A stretch of 64,000 bases of DNA from Vulcanimicrobiota bacterium (lineage in GTDB: Bacteria; Vulcanimicrobiota; Vulcanimicrobiia; Eremiobacterales; Eremiobacteraceae): positions 192,001 through 256,000 of the forward strand of contig CAWETU010000005.1 in the NCBI GenBank assembly GCA_963812135.1. Direction: 5' to 3'. The translations under genes and the position numbers were made by a program. Shown here piece by piece: positions 28,052 through 37,373 of the stretch (position 1 is the first letter of the stretch; every line of letters begins with the position of its first letter). The notes under the pieces were generated by a model. It was not told where the DNA came from and did no database searches. It saw only the letters and a program-made list of their open reading frames with translations.

Positions 28052-29685
28052 GTGTTCCAGAATTGGGTCACGGCGTGCGCGGGTTTATATCCCTTGAAAT
28101 CCACGCTGCCGATATCGAGACGGCGATAGAACCAGTTGATGATGGCGGGCTGATCGTCTGCGAGACGCTCGGCGATCGTCCAATACGCCTTCTTGCGCGT
28201 CGGGATGTCGTAGTGCGTCAGCGCGATATGCTCTGCCGCATCGATCTGCGGATCGCACAGGTGGTACGTGTTCTGGCCGGCAGGCGGGAACTGATCGCAC
28301 ATCCACAAGGTCGAGTTGTCCGGATCGACGCCGTTGTTCCACGAGTAGAAACCGACGTCGAACTTGCCCCGCTGGAAAATACCGCCGGCGCCATAGCTTG
28401 CGAAGAGCTGCGGCGATAGGTAGTTCTTGATCGTCGCCTCGACGCCGACTTTGCGCCATTGCGCCTGGACGACTTCTTGCAGCTTTATGCTGTCGGCCCG
28501 CCCGGTCGCGCCGGTGAGCTGCAAGCTCAACTTTTCGCCCTTCGCGTTATGGCGAAAGCCGTCGGGGCCCATCTTCCAACCGGCCTGATCCAACAGCTTG
28601 CCCGCCATGACGACGTCGTACGGATACTTCTTGACGTTTGGATCGTAGGCCCAAAGGAACGGAGGTTGGTCGGTGTCCGCCGGGATGTTCACTCCGAGCG
28701 CGACTTTGTTTATCAGTTCATTGCGGTCGGTCGCATAGGTCAGCGCCTGGCGGACGAGCTTGTCTGAAAGTGTCGACACGCTGGTGTTGAACCCGAGCTG
28801 GCCGTACTGCGTGAACGGCGTGAGATAGACCACGGTGCCTGGAATATTCTTGAGCTCCGGGTACTGCGATGCAGAGGCGTTATAGGTGAAGTCGATCTCG
28901 TGCGTCTGCAGTTGCGTGAGCAGCGTGTTCTCGTTAGGGATGATGTGGTATTCGACGCGTTGGAGTTTGGGCGGCCCGCGCCAGTAGTTCGGGTTGGCGA
29001 CCATCGTGATCACGTTGCCCTTCTCCCAGTCCGTGACGATGAAGGGCCCGGTCCCGACTGGCTTGTTGTTGTACGCCACTTGGTTGAGGTTTGGATATTG
29101 CGAGAGCAAGTGCTTGGGCAGGATCGGATATGGATTGGCCGACATCGTGAAGAAGCTCGCGACAAACGGGGCGAACTGCTTCTTCAGATGAACGGTTATC
29201 GTGTACGCGTCCTTCTTGTCGATTCCCGAGATGATATCGTACCCGACGCGGCTGCCGACGTTGTTCGCCGGATTCATCACTTGCTGCCAGGTGTAGATCA
29301 CGTCGTCTGCGGTGAATTCAGGCCCGTCTTGCCACTTGACCCCCTTGCGCAGGTGGTAGGTGATTGAGAGGCCGTCTTTGCTGATGCCGCCGTTGTCGAG
29401 CGTCGGCTCTTCCATGGCGAGCTCGCCGATGAACTTGTTCTGATCGGTCCAGTTGAGCAAGTAGCCGCCCCAGAACATCGAGAGGTCGACCTCGGTCTGC
29501 AAGTTACCGACCACCGGGTTCATGTTATCGGGTTCCGAGTTGTTCCCGATGCGCAGCACCCCGTGGATGGTCCCTTGCGCGGCATTGCCGCCGTTTTGCG
29601 TCGACGTGCTGATCTTCGTGCAGCCGGCGAGCGCGCCGCCGAATAGAGCGGCTGCGAGCATCACGGTGAGATAACGCTGGATCAT
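28033..29685 (-). CDS. Peptide ABC transporter substrate-binding lipoprotein (family 5)
   Basis: Lipobox LAGC; KWQDGPEFTADDV, PVGTGPF. Confidence 0.92.
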   Translation of the reverse strand: MIQRYLTVMLAAALFGGALAGCTKISTSTQNGGNAAQGTIHGVLRIGNNSEPDNMNPVVGNLQTEVDLSMFWGGYLLNWTDQNKFIGELAMEEPTLDNGGISKDGLSITYHLRKGVKWQDGPEFTADDVIYTWQQVMNPANNVGSRVGYDIISGIDKKDAYTITVHLKKQFAPFVASFFTMSANPYPILPKHLLSQYPNLNQVAYNNKPVGTGPFIVTDWEKGNVITMVANPNYWRGPPKLQRVEYHIIPNENTLLTQLQTHEIDFTYNASASQYPELKNIPGTVVYLTPFTQYGQLGFNTSVSTLSDKLVRQALTYATDRNELINKVALGVNIPADTDQPPFLWAYDPNVKKYPYDVVMAGKLLDQAGWKMGPDGFRHNAKGEKLSLQLTGATGRADSIKLQEVVQAQWRKVGVEATIKNYLSPQLFASYGAGGIFQRGKFDVGFYSWNNGVDPDNSTLWMCDQFPPAGQNTYHLCDPQIDAAEHIALTHYDIPTRKKAYWTIAERLADDQPAIINWFYRRLDIGSVDFKGYKPAHAVTQFWNTWEYSI

Positions 29686-29699
29686 GCTGGTGTTGCTCC

Positions 29700-30179
29700 T
29701 TATGGCAGTGAGCGGCGTTTGGACGTCACGACTCCGGAATTCATCCCGCTGATCGTCAAGCCGCCGGCGAAGCGGGCGTGCTCGACCTTCATGCAGCGGT
29801 CGACGACGACGTCGAGCCCGGCTGCGTCGGCGATGCGGATCGCTTCCTCATTGATGACGCCGTACTGGAACCAGATCGCCTTCGCGCCGGCAGCGACCGC
29901 GTCGCGCGCCACCTGCGCGGCTTCTGCCGGTTTGCGGAAGACGTCCACGATGTCGGGCGGGCCGTTCTCGGCGGCGTATGCGGCAAGGGTAGGGTAGCTC
30001 TTGATGCCCTCGATTTCAGTGTAGGCCGGGTTGACCGGCCGCACGTCGAACCCGTGCGTGCTCAGATAACGAAACACGAAATAGCTGGGGCGCAGCGCTT
30101 TCGCGCTCGCGCCAACCATGGCGACGGCGTGCGAACGCACCAGCAGGTCGCGCCGCTGCTCGGGCGTCGTCAGGATCAC
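29700..30179 (-). CDS. CoA-binding protein (YccU-like)
   Basis: VGAS, RPSY, PVNP, DIVDVFR, DRCMKVEH. Confidence 0.9.
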   Translation of the reverse strand: MILTTPEQRRDLLVRSHAVAMVGASAKALRPSYFVFRYLSTHGFDVRPVNPAYTEIEGIKSYPTLAAYAAENGPPDIVDVFRKPAEAAQVARDAVAAGAKAIWFQYGVINEEAIRIADAAGLDVVVDRCMKVEHARFAGGLTISGMNSGVVTSKRRSLP

Positions 30180-31492
30180 GCGCCGGCCTCGGCGAGCGCC
30201 CCCGAGCGCGCGGCTGCGAGACCGCGCTCGAGATCCCAGATCAGATCGTCCGCGTCTTCCAGTCCGACCGACAGTCGCACCATGTCCGGCGTGATGCCTG
30301 CAGCGACGAGTTCGTCGTCACTGAGCTGTTGATGCGTCGTGGACGCGGGATGGATGACCAAGCTCTTGGCGTCGCCGACGTTGGCGAGATGGCTCCACAG
30401 CTCGAGCGAATCGATGAATCGCACGCCGGCTTCGCGTCCGCCGCGCACGCCGAAGGTGAAGATCGAACCTGCGCCTTGCGGCAGGTAGCGTTGCGCGAGC
30501 GCCCGGTACGGGCTCGACTCAAGACCTGCGAACTTCACCCATGCCACGCCGTCGTGCTTCTCGAGGAACTCGGCGATACGCTTGGCATTGGCAACATGTT
30601 GGCGCATCCGCACGGCGAGCGTCTCGAGTCCGAGGATGAGCAGCCACGCGTTCATCGGCGACATGCAGGCGCCGACGTCGCGCAGCACTTCGAGGCGCGC
30701 GCGGCACAGGAATGCGAACTCGCCGAACGTCTCGCCGAAGCTCATGCCATGGTAGGCCGGGCTTGGGGCGGCGATCAGCGGATGCTTGCCGGCGTTCCAA
30801 TTGAACTTACCGGACTCGACCATGACGCCGCCGATCAGCGTGCCGGTGCCGCTGAGGAACTTGGTGGCGGAGTGCAGCACGATGTCGGCGCCGTGCTCGA
30901 TCGGCCGGCACAAGTAGGGCGACGCGAAGGTGTTGTCGACGAGCAGCGGCAGGCCTTCAGCGTGCGCGGCGTCTGCCAGCGCGGCGATATCCGCGACGTT
31001 GCCAAGCGGATTGCCGATCGTCTCGACGTAGAACGCCTTGCTGTTCGGCCGGATGGCTTTGCGCATCCCTTTGGGGTCGCTGTCCGGCACGAAGGTGACA
31101 TCGATACCCATGCGCTTGAGCGTGACCGCGAACTGCGTGACGGTGCCGCCATAGAGGTTCGACGAAGCGACGATGTGGTCGCCGGCCTGCGCGAGCGTGA
31201 GGATCGCCAGCAGCTGCGCGGCTTGGCCTGACGCGGTCGCGACCGCGCCGAGCCCGCCTTCGAGGCTCGCGATCTTCTCTTCGAACGCGGCGACCGTCGG
31301 ATTGGAGATGCGCGAATAGATCGTGCCGTAGCTGCGCAGTGAGAACAGCTCCCGCGCGTGCTCCGCGGAGTCGAACACGAAGCTCGAGCTCATGTACAGC
31401 GGCGCCGCGCGAGCGCCGGTCGCCGGGTCGGGCGGCGTGCCCGCATGCAGCGCGCGCGTGGAAAAGCCGAATGAGCGGTCCTGATGTTTCAA
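30176..31492 (-). CDS. metY: O-acetylhomoserine aminocarboxypropyltransferase / sulfhydrylase
   Basis: YSRISNPT, LYGGT, HSATKF PLP lysine, LANVGDAKSLVIHPASTTHQQL; TTG start after GGGAGA. Confidence 0.9.
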   Translation of the reverse strand: MKHQDRSFGFSTRALHAGTPPDPATGARAAPLYMSSSFVFDSAEHARELFSLRSYGTIYSRISNPTVAAFEEKIASLEGGLGAVATASGQAAQLLAILTLAQAGDHIVASSNLYGGTVTQFAVTLKRMGIDVTFVPDSDPKGMRKAIRPNSKAFYVETIGNPLGNVADIAALADAAHAEGLPLLVDNTFASPYLCRPIEHGADIVLHSATKFLSGTGTLIGGVMVESGKFNWNAGKHPLIAAPSPAYHGMSFGETFGEFAFLCRARLEVLRDVGACMSPMNAWLLILGLETLAVRMRQHVANAKRIAEFLEKHDGVAWVKFAGLESSPYRALAQRYLPQGAGSIFTFGVRGGREAGVRFIDSLELWSHLANVGDAKSLVIHPASTTHQQLSDDELVAAGITPDMVRLSVGLEDADDLIWDLERGLAAARSGALAEAGA

Positions 31493-31568
31493 CCGAGGTC
31501 TCCCAACGACGAACAAGGCCCGGGAGCCCGAAAACTTCCATGGACCGGATATTTTTCCTGGAATTCAG

Positions 31569-33626
31569 CTAAACGGCGTCGGTCTGTGCGGCGGGCTTTT
31601 GCTCCAACAAACGCTGCAATTCCGCGGCCGGCAGCGGGGCGCTCAGCAGATGGCCTTGCATCTCATCGCAGCCCAGCTTGCGCAATGCATCGCGCTGGGC
31701 GTGGGTCTCGACGCCGATCGCGACGACCTGCAGCCTGCGGTTGTGCGCCACGGTGATCATCGCGCCGACGATCGAGGCGTCGAAAGAATCGCTCTCGATG
31801 CTGCGTATGAACTGGCGGTCGATCTTCAGCGACGCGACGGGCAGCTGTTTGAGATAGCCGAGCGAGCTGTAGCCGATGCCGAAATCGTCGATCGCGGTGC
31901 GCACGCCCATCGAACCGAGCTGGCGCATGATGCGCACGCTGCGCTTGATATCCGCCATGATGCCGGTCTCGGTGAGCTCGATCTCGAGCGAGCTCGGGTC
32001 CAAGCGGGTCGCGCGCAACACGCCGGCGATCATCTTGATGAAATGCGGCTCGGCGAATTGGCGCGGCGAGATGTTGACCGTCACGCGCGCAGGCGCGATA
32101 CCTTGGCGTTGCCAGTTCTTCATCTGCTCGCATGCCGAACGCACGGCCCACGCCCCGATCGGCACCATAAGCCCCGCGTCTTCCGCGATCGACGTGAATT
32201 CGTCGGGCAGACGCAGACCCAGCGTCGGATGCTTCCAGCGCAGCAGCGCTTCGGCGCCGACGATCTCGCCGCCGCGCAACGACGCGATCGGCTGATAGTG
32301 GACCAGGAACTCTTCGCGGCGCAGCGCGTTGCGCAACTCGTTCTCGAGCGACAGCCGCTTGACCGCGACCGCGTGCATCTCGGGCGCGAAGAACTGAAAA
32401 TTGTTGCCGCCGCGCTCTTTGGCTTTGTACATCGCCGTATCGGAATTGCGCAGCAGCGTCTCGACGTCGTGGCCGTCGGCCGGATACATGCTGATGCCGA
32501 TGCTGGCCGTGGTGAACAGCTCGTGGCCTGAGACGACGTACGAACGGCCGGTCTCATTGACGATCTTCTGCGCGATCTTCATCGCGGCTTGGGAATTCGG
32601 CAGATCGGTGAGCACGATGATGAACTCATCGCCGCCCAGGCGCGCGACGCAGTCCACGGCGCGCACGCTGCGCTTGAGCCGGCCGGCGACGGCCTTGAGC
32701 AAAAGGTCGCCGATCGAGTGGCCCAGCGTGTCGTTCACGTTCTTGAAGCGGTCGAGATCGAGGAACAGCACGGCGGTCGGGCGCTTGTGGCGGTCCGAGT
32801 ACGCGATCGCCTGGTTCAGGCGGTCGGTGAGCAGCGTGCGATTGGGCAGCTCGGTGAGCGAATCGTAGTGCGCGTGGCGCGCGAGCTGCTGCTCGGCCTC
32901 TTTGCGCTCGGTGATATCGGTCATCGTGCCGACGCTGCGCAGCGGCGCGCCGTTGCGGTCGAAGAAGAAATCGCCCCGCTCTTGGACCCAGCGCACCGAG
33001 CCGTCACGCCGCAAGATGCGATGATCGATGGCAAACGGTTCGCGTAGGCGCTTGGACTCTTCGGTCGCGCGATGGACCGTCGCGGCATCATCAGGATGAT
33101 CGTACTGCGAGAACGGCACCGGCTTGTCGACGCCTTCGGTCAGGCCATAGATGCGATAGATCTCTTCTGACCACGTCACTTCGCCGCTCGCGAAATCCAT
33201 CGACCAGCTGCCGAGATGGGCGAGTTGCTGGGCTTCAGCCAGCGTTGCGCGGCTGTTCTTGAGCGCCTCTTCCGCGAGCATGCGGTCGGTGACGTCACGG
33301 AAACTCCAGACGCGTCCGATCGGCTCGCCGTCGATGCATTGCGGAATCGAATAGCGCTCGAAGACGCGCCCGTCGATGAACCGTAGAACGTCGAAGCTCT
33401 CGGATTTTGGATCGGCGTAGAGCTCGCGGATCTTGCTGACAAACGAATCGGGATTCTTGAGCTGGCGCAGCACGTGCGCGATCGCGCGATCGTCGTCGCG
33501 CGCTTCTAGGATCGGCTCCGGGAGGCGCCACATGTCGGCAAAACGCTTGTTGTAGCGGACGATCTTGCCGGTGCGGTCGACGACCAAAATGCCGTCGGCC
33601 GTCGCCTCAAGCGTGGCGAGCAGCAT
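31569..33626 (-). CDS. PAS-PAS-GGDEF-EAL protein
   Basis: Two PAS domains, GGDEF, EALLRW, DDFGIGYSSL. Confidence 0.93.
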   Translation of the reverse strand: MLLATLEATADGILVVDRTGKIVRYNKRFADMWRLPEPILEARDDDRAIAHVLRQLKNPDSFVSKIRELYADPKSESFDVLRFIDGRVFERYSIPQCIDGEPIGRVWSFRDVTDRMLAEEALKNSRATLAEAQQLAHLGSWSMDFASGEVTWSEEIYRIYGLTEGVDKPVPFSQYDHPDDAATVHRATEESKRLREPFAIDHRILRRDGSVRWVQERGDFFFDRNGAPLRSVGTMTDITERKEAEQQLARHAHYDSLTELPNRTLLTDRLNQAIAYSDRHKRPTAVLFLDLDRFKNVNDTLGHSIGDLLLKAVAGRLKRSVRAVDCVARLGGDEFIIVLTDLPNSQAAMKIAQKIVNETGRSYVVSGHELFTTASIGISMYPADGHDVETLLRNSDTAMYKAKERGGNNFQFFAPEMHAVAVKRLSLENELRNALRREEFLVHYQPIASLRGGEIVGAEALLRWKHPTLGLRLPDEFTSIAEDAGLMVPIGAWAVRSACEQMKNWQRQGIAPARVTVNISPRQFAEPHFIKMIAGVLRATRLDPSSLEIELTETGIMADIKRSVRIMRQLGSMGVRTAIDDFGIGYSSLGYLKQLPVASLKIDRQFIRSIESDSFDASIVGAMITVAHNRRLQVVAIGVETHAQRDALRKLGCDEMQGHLLSAPLPAAELQRLLEQKPAAQTDAV

Positions 33627-33835
33627 TGACCGCTCAGCTGCCAGCGAGTTGGTCGAAATCGGTGCTCGCCTCCCTTCTATTACGGACTATCGTCCGTTCT
33701 TCTAAGCGTACGCCATCCATCGCGCAAGCAATGCGGGCACGCTTTCGGTGTAAGGCCCGTCACAGGGCCGGTTTGGGATGTCCTGGTTGTCAGGAGGGGG
33801 GAGCCGGCCCAGCCCGGAAAACTACAATCGAACGT

Positions 33836-34183
33836 ATGTTCGCACGGCATCCGGTCATCACGGTCACCACGTTCGTCGAGCCATTCGGCGAGGACGACGT
33901 CGGCAACGCTCTCTTCTTAATACGCAAGCACGTGCGATTCGGCCGCCGCCTTCATATCATCGATCTCGATGGACTGCGCGCCTTCTCATCAGACGTGCGC
34001 CGGGCGCTCGATCTGTCGGTGCAGTGGGTCCGTCAGTACAACGGCGACATCCGGCTGGTCTGCTCGCAGCTATCTATGCGACGCGCGCTGGAGCAATCGG
34101 GCTACGATCGGTTCGTCGATGTTCACCCCAGCGTTGCGGATGCCATCGGCGCGTTTCGCGAACAAACCACAAAAGCAGGCTAA
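33836..34183 (+). CDS. STAS domain protein, paralogue of 17076..17420
   Basis: Shares ITVTxFVEPF and HVxFGRRLHIIDLD with the first copy; ATG at 33836. Confidence 0.78.
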   Translation: MFARHPVITVTTFVEPFGEDDVGNALFLIRKHVRFGRRLHIIDLDGLRAFSSDVRRALDLSVQWVRQYNGDIRLVCSQLSMRRALEQSGYDRFVDVHPSVADAIGAFREQTTKAG

Positions 34184-34746
34184 GAAGATTTCGCGGTCAA
34201 CCCGCACTTGACCGTCGAATCCCACGGTCGACCATAGTTGCCGTTAGGGTAATGAGCCACCATCGTCTCGACCAGCGACGTCAACGAGGGTTGTTCGTCG
34301 GCGGATTTGCCTAGTTTGACGTGCTCCACGAAATCGAGCGTGATGGATACTGGAACGGTCCCCATCGCCAAATGCACGTTCGCATTGTCCAACTCCCCGT
34401 GGACTTCAACTGTCGCGATGCCGTTCGCGACGCTGACGACCGATGCGCCTACTGGAACGGTCACGCTCTGATCGACAATCAGCACGTTGGCGGTGGATTG
34501 CCACTTGCTGGTCACCTCTAGACCCGGACTGTCCGCGATGACGTGGCGGCCGGCGCGCAGCGCAAAGCCAAGAGTATTGCCCCCCGCAGGCGCGTAATCG
34601 GCGTCGAAGTCGCCGTCCGACTTCGCGGTGGTCGTGAAGACGCCTGACGTCTGTAAAGTCTGCGGTTTGCATTCGCAGTAGAACGTCGCGTCGTATTGGG
34701 CCGGGGCGACCTGCAGAACAAGCGCGCTAAGTGCTGCTATCAACAT
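34180..34746 (-). CDS. Hypothetical secreted protein
   Basis: Signal-peptide-like start, AAGGA RBS; no recognised domain. Confidence 0.6.
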   Translation of the reverse strand: MLIAALSALVLQVAPAQYDATFYCECKPQTLQTSGVFTTTAKSDGDFDADYAPAGGNTLGFALRAGRHVIADSPGLEVTSKWQSTANVLIVDQSVTVPVGASVVSVANGIATVEVHGELDNANVHLAMGTVPVSITLDFVEHVKLGKSADEQPSLTSLVETMVAHYPNGNYGRPWDSTVKCGLTAKSS

Positions 34747-34782
34747 GCGATTCCTTCTTGGCCCAGCCCGCCACTTTTCCAG

Positions 34783-36579
34783 TCACGCGGGCTGGATCTG
34801 CGCGTTCGCCAGCTGGGCGTGCAACGACTCGACCTCACGTCGAATCGAGTCGACTTCCCGCTTCATCGACTCGGCGTCGAGATGATCGTACGCAGCGCCC
34901 GCACCTGGCGCGAGACTGGCGATGGTCTTTATCTCGTCCGGATCGAGGCCCTCGCCGTGGATGTGGGAGCCGTAGAACGTTACCGCGGCAAGTTCACGCC
35001 GGACGATGATAGGCATCGCGAGCACCGGACGAGCCGGCCCCGAAGGGACGCTCTCGGTACGCCACGGGTGGTCGTACAGCGACACCGGCCCTTTCTCCGC
35101 TTGCAAGAGCATCAGTAAATGACCGTCCATCTCGTCCAGTCTGTCGATGTCGCCGGCATTCCATCCCTCGGCAGCTTCGCGGATGTACGCGCCATCCTTA
35201 TCGCGATGGAAAAGGGCGGCGGATGCAAGCTCGAGCGCGCGAACCGGCTCCTTGATCAATGCCTGGGCCACGTTCTGCGCCGTTGTGGCAAACGGCAATG
35301 CCGCAGCGTTTCTCGCGAGCTGGACTTCGGCCCGATGACGCTGGCGGAAAAACGTCGCGTCGATCAATGAATCCACGCGTTTGTGCAAACCATTGAACCA
35401 CAGCCCGAATGCGACGACCGCGCCGACCTCTGCGATCGTCCCCAGTCGAGCCAACCGTAGATAGTCGCTGAAGAACCAGTCAATGACGGAAAAGGCCGCG
35501 ACGAGCAGCGTTGTCAAAACGCCGTAGACCAGCGTGCGGCTCACGACAAAGCTCACGTCTATGACGCGATGCTTGATGACCGCATAGGCGACGGTCAGCG
35601 GCACGATGATGCTCGATAGTTGCAACACGTGTGCGAGCCAGATGGGCTCGCTGGGCATGTACACGCCGAGGAAGACGAACACGAACTGTAAGACGAGGTT
35701 GAGACCGAACCCGACGACCACCCACCGTATGCGCTGCCGGTCTTCGCCGCGAGCACGGATATACGTGTCCACGAACAAGTACATCACGATGAGCGACCAC
35801 ACCGCAGGTATTGCGACGTAGATGCGCAGGAACAGCTCCCCGGGTGGCCCGCCGACCCAGCCCCAATGATACGTGAAGTAAACCCCAAAGATGCACAGCG
35901 CAGCGAAAAGCCACGGCATCGTTCGGAGTGCCGACCAGCGCCATCCCTTGATCGGCTCGTTGAGAAAGCACAGCGCAAAAACGAGTAAGCCGACGACCCC
36001 TGCACTGTAAAGAATCCAATAGAGCGAATATGCCACGTACGGCCAAGGGGACGGGTAGAGAAGCGTCGCCGTGAAAAACGTGAAGGGAGCGTTCGCGAGG
36101 CAATACAGGAAAAAACCCCACGTCATCAGGCTCGGGCGCAACAACACGAGCGCTGCTCCGAGCACGATGTAGAGCACAGCGACGCCGAGCACCGCGATCC
36201 GATAGGCAACATAGTAGTGCTCGGTGACCTGCGGAGTCGACGTCAGCGTGACGTTGCGTAGAACACCATCGTGCTTGAGTCCGAACGTGACGCGTTGACC
36301 GGCCGCCAACGTGCCCGCCTGAGCCGCGTACCACCGGTCTTGCGCCGGCGTCGACTGAAAGTCGATGGTGTCACCGACCTGCATCCCAGCCTTCGCAGCA
36401 GGCGACCCGTCCTGGATATAATTCACCACGTCGTTGCCGTCTGCCGCGTAGCCGAAATCGCCGGACGGGATCCAAATCCGTCGAAAATCCAATCCCCCAG
36501 CGACAAGGACGATCAGCGACAGCGCCACGACGACGAACGTCCGTAGTGCTGCTCGGTTCGATGGGCTCTCCGTGGACAT
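34783..36579 (-). CDS. Membrane sensor-like protein: PDZ + multi-TM + GAF-like domain
   Basis: GSPAAKAGMQVGD PDZ, RQRIRWV...AYAVIKHRVIDV TM block, C-terminal GAF-like region and coiled coil. Confidence 0.75.
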   Translation of the reverse strand: MSTESPSNRAALRTFVVVALSLIVLVAGGLDFRRIWIPSGDFGYAADGNDVVNYIQDGSPAAKAGMQVGDTIDFQSTPAQDRWYAAQAGTLAAGQRVTFGLKHDGVLRNVTLTSTPQVTEHYYVAYRIAVLGVAVLYIVLGAALVLLRPSLMTWGFFLYCLANAPFTFFTATLLYPSPWPYVAYSLYWILYSAGVVGLLVFALCFLNEPIKGWRWSALRTMPWLFAALCIFGVYFTYHWGWVGGPPGELFLRIYVAIPAVWSLIVMYLFVDTYIRARGEDRQRIRWVVVGFGLNLVLQFVFVFLGVYMPSEPIWLAHVLQLSSIIVPLTVAYAVIKHRVIDVSFVVSRTLVYGVLTTLLVAAFSVIDWFFSDYLRLARLGTIAEVGAVVAFGLWFNGLHKRVDSLIDATFFRQRHRAEVQLARNAAALPFATTAQNVAQALIKEPVRALELASAALFHRDKDGAYIREAAEGWNAGDIDRLDEMDGHLLMLLQAEKGPVSLYDHPWRTESVPSGPARPVLAMPIIVRRELAAVTFYGSHIHGEGLDPDEIKTIASLAPGAGAAYDHLDAESMKREVDSIRREVESLHAQLANAQIQPA

Positions 36580-36636
36580 GCGCTAATCCTACACTTTGCC
36601 TAGACGGCATCGCTCAGGGGACGATGGAGAAAACCA

Positions 36637-36709
36637 AGCCGACGGTCAGGCTCGAACTGACGACCTGCGGTTTACGAAACCGCTGCTCTACCGGCTGAGC
36701 TACGTCGGC
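36637..36709 (-). tRNA. tRNA-Thr(CGT); CCA not encoded
   Basis: GCCGACGTAGCTCAGCCGGTAGAGCAGCGGTTTCGTAAACCGCAGGTCGTCAGTTCGAGCCTGACCGTCGGCT folds as a cloverleaf with anticodon CGT. Confidence 0.96.
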
Positions 36710-36784
36710 GTGTTGGTTATAATGCGCATTGCGTAAGGCTTTGCGCCTGGAGTGCCATTCTTAACCTTGGTCTATTTGGCCGCC

Positions 36785-36804
36785 GTGGTCACGAGGTGGT
36801 CACG
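36785..36804. repeat. Direct repeat GTGGTCACG x2, candidate integrase arm-type sites
   Basis: Copies at 36785-36793 and 36796-36804, between the integrase stop and the tRNA. Confidence 0.5.
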
Positions 36805-36837
36805 GACGCCTTCAAAACCAACTCGAAACCCATTTTC

Positions 36838-37011
36838 TCAAGGGCCCCAGGACGCGCCTGCTAGCGCCTGTTGCAAGGCCTTAGCAGCTGTGTCCTCAGC
36901 CGAAGGTAGTTGATGGCCGTATACGCGCATCAGCATGGCCGTGTCGTGCCCCAAGATTGCGGCCAGCGTAGTGATCGGTACTTCCGCTCTCAACGCTAAA
37001 CTCGCGAACAT
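36838..37011 (-). pseudogene. Tyrosine recombinase/integrase C-terminal remnant
   Basis: Manual translation MFASLALRAEVPITTLAAILGHDTAMLMRVYGHQLPSAEDTAAKALQQALAGASWGP*: box II LGH plus catalytic Tyr; HxxR and upstream parts missing. Confidence 0.8.
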
Positions 37012-37099
37012 GCTTGCCTCTCGTTTGCGTTGTACTATCTAGCCTCTGCTCCGGGTAGCGTGACGGCAGATCAGAACCCCGTTGTTTGAGTCGGCGGCA

Positions 37100-37373
37100 T
37101 CACTCGGTCGTGCGGCTCAGACCCCTGCCGGAAAAATAGACCGCCCAGACTCCGCCGATCGCCACCGCCGTCAGAGCGATCTTGCGCCCGATGAACCAAC
37201 GATATTCCTGTCTTAGAAGCAACGTTGGTGCCTCGTCCAGTTTTACGTTCTTGAATAGAACTCCATACGGCCCGGCCTTAGCCACTGCTTCTATGAACTT
37301 GCGGTATAGCTTTGCGAGCTCTCCGTTGCTCAGTTGTCGCTTTGTTTCGGCATTGATAGCCGCTGTGCGATTG
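37100..37373 (-). pseudogene. Possible 3' fragment of an unknown gene
   Basis: Open frame ending at 37100 with no plausible start downstream of the SDR stop. Confidence 0.3.
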
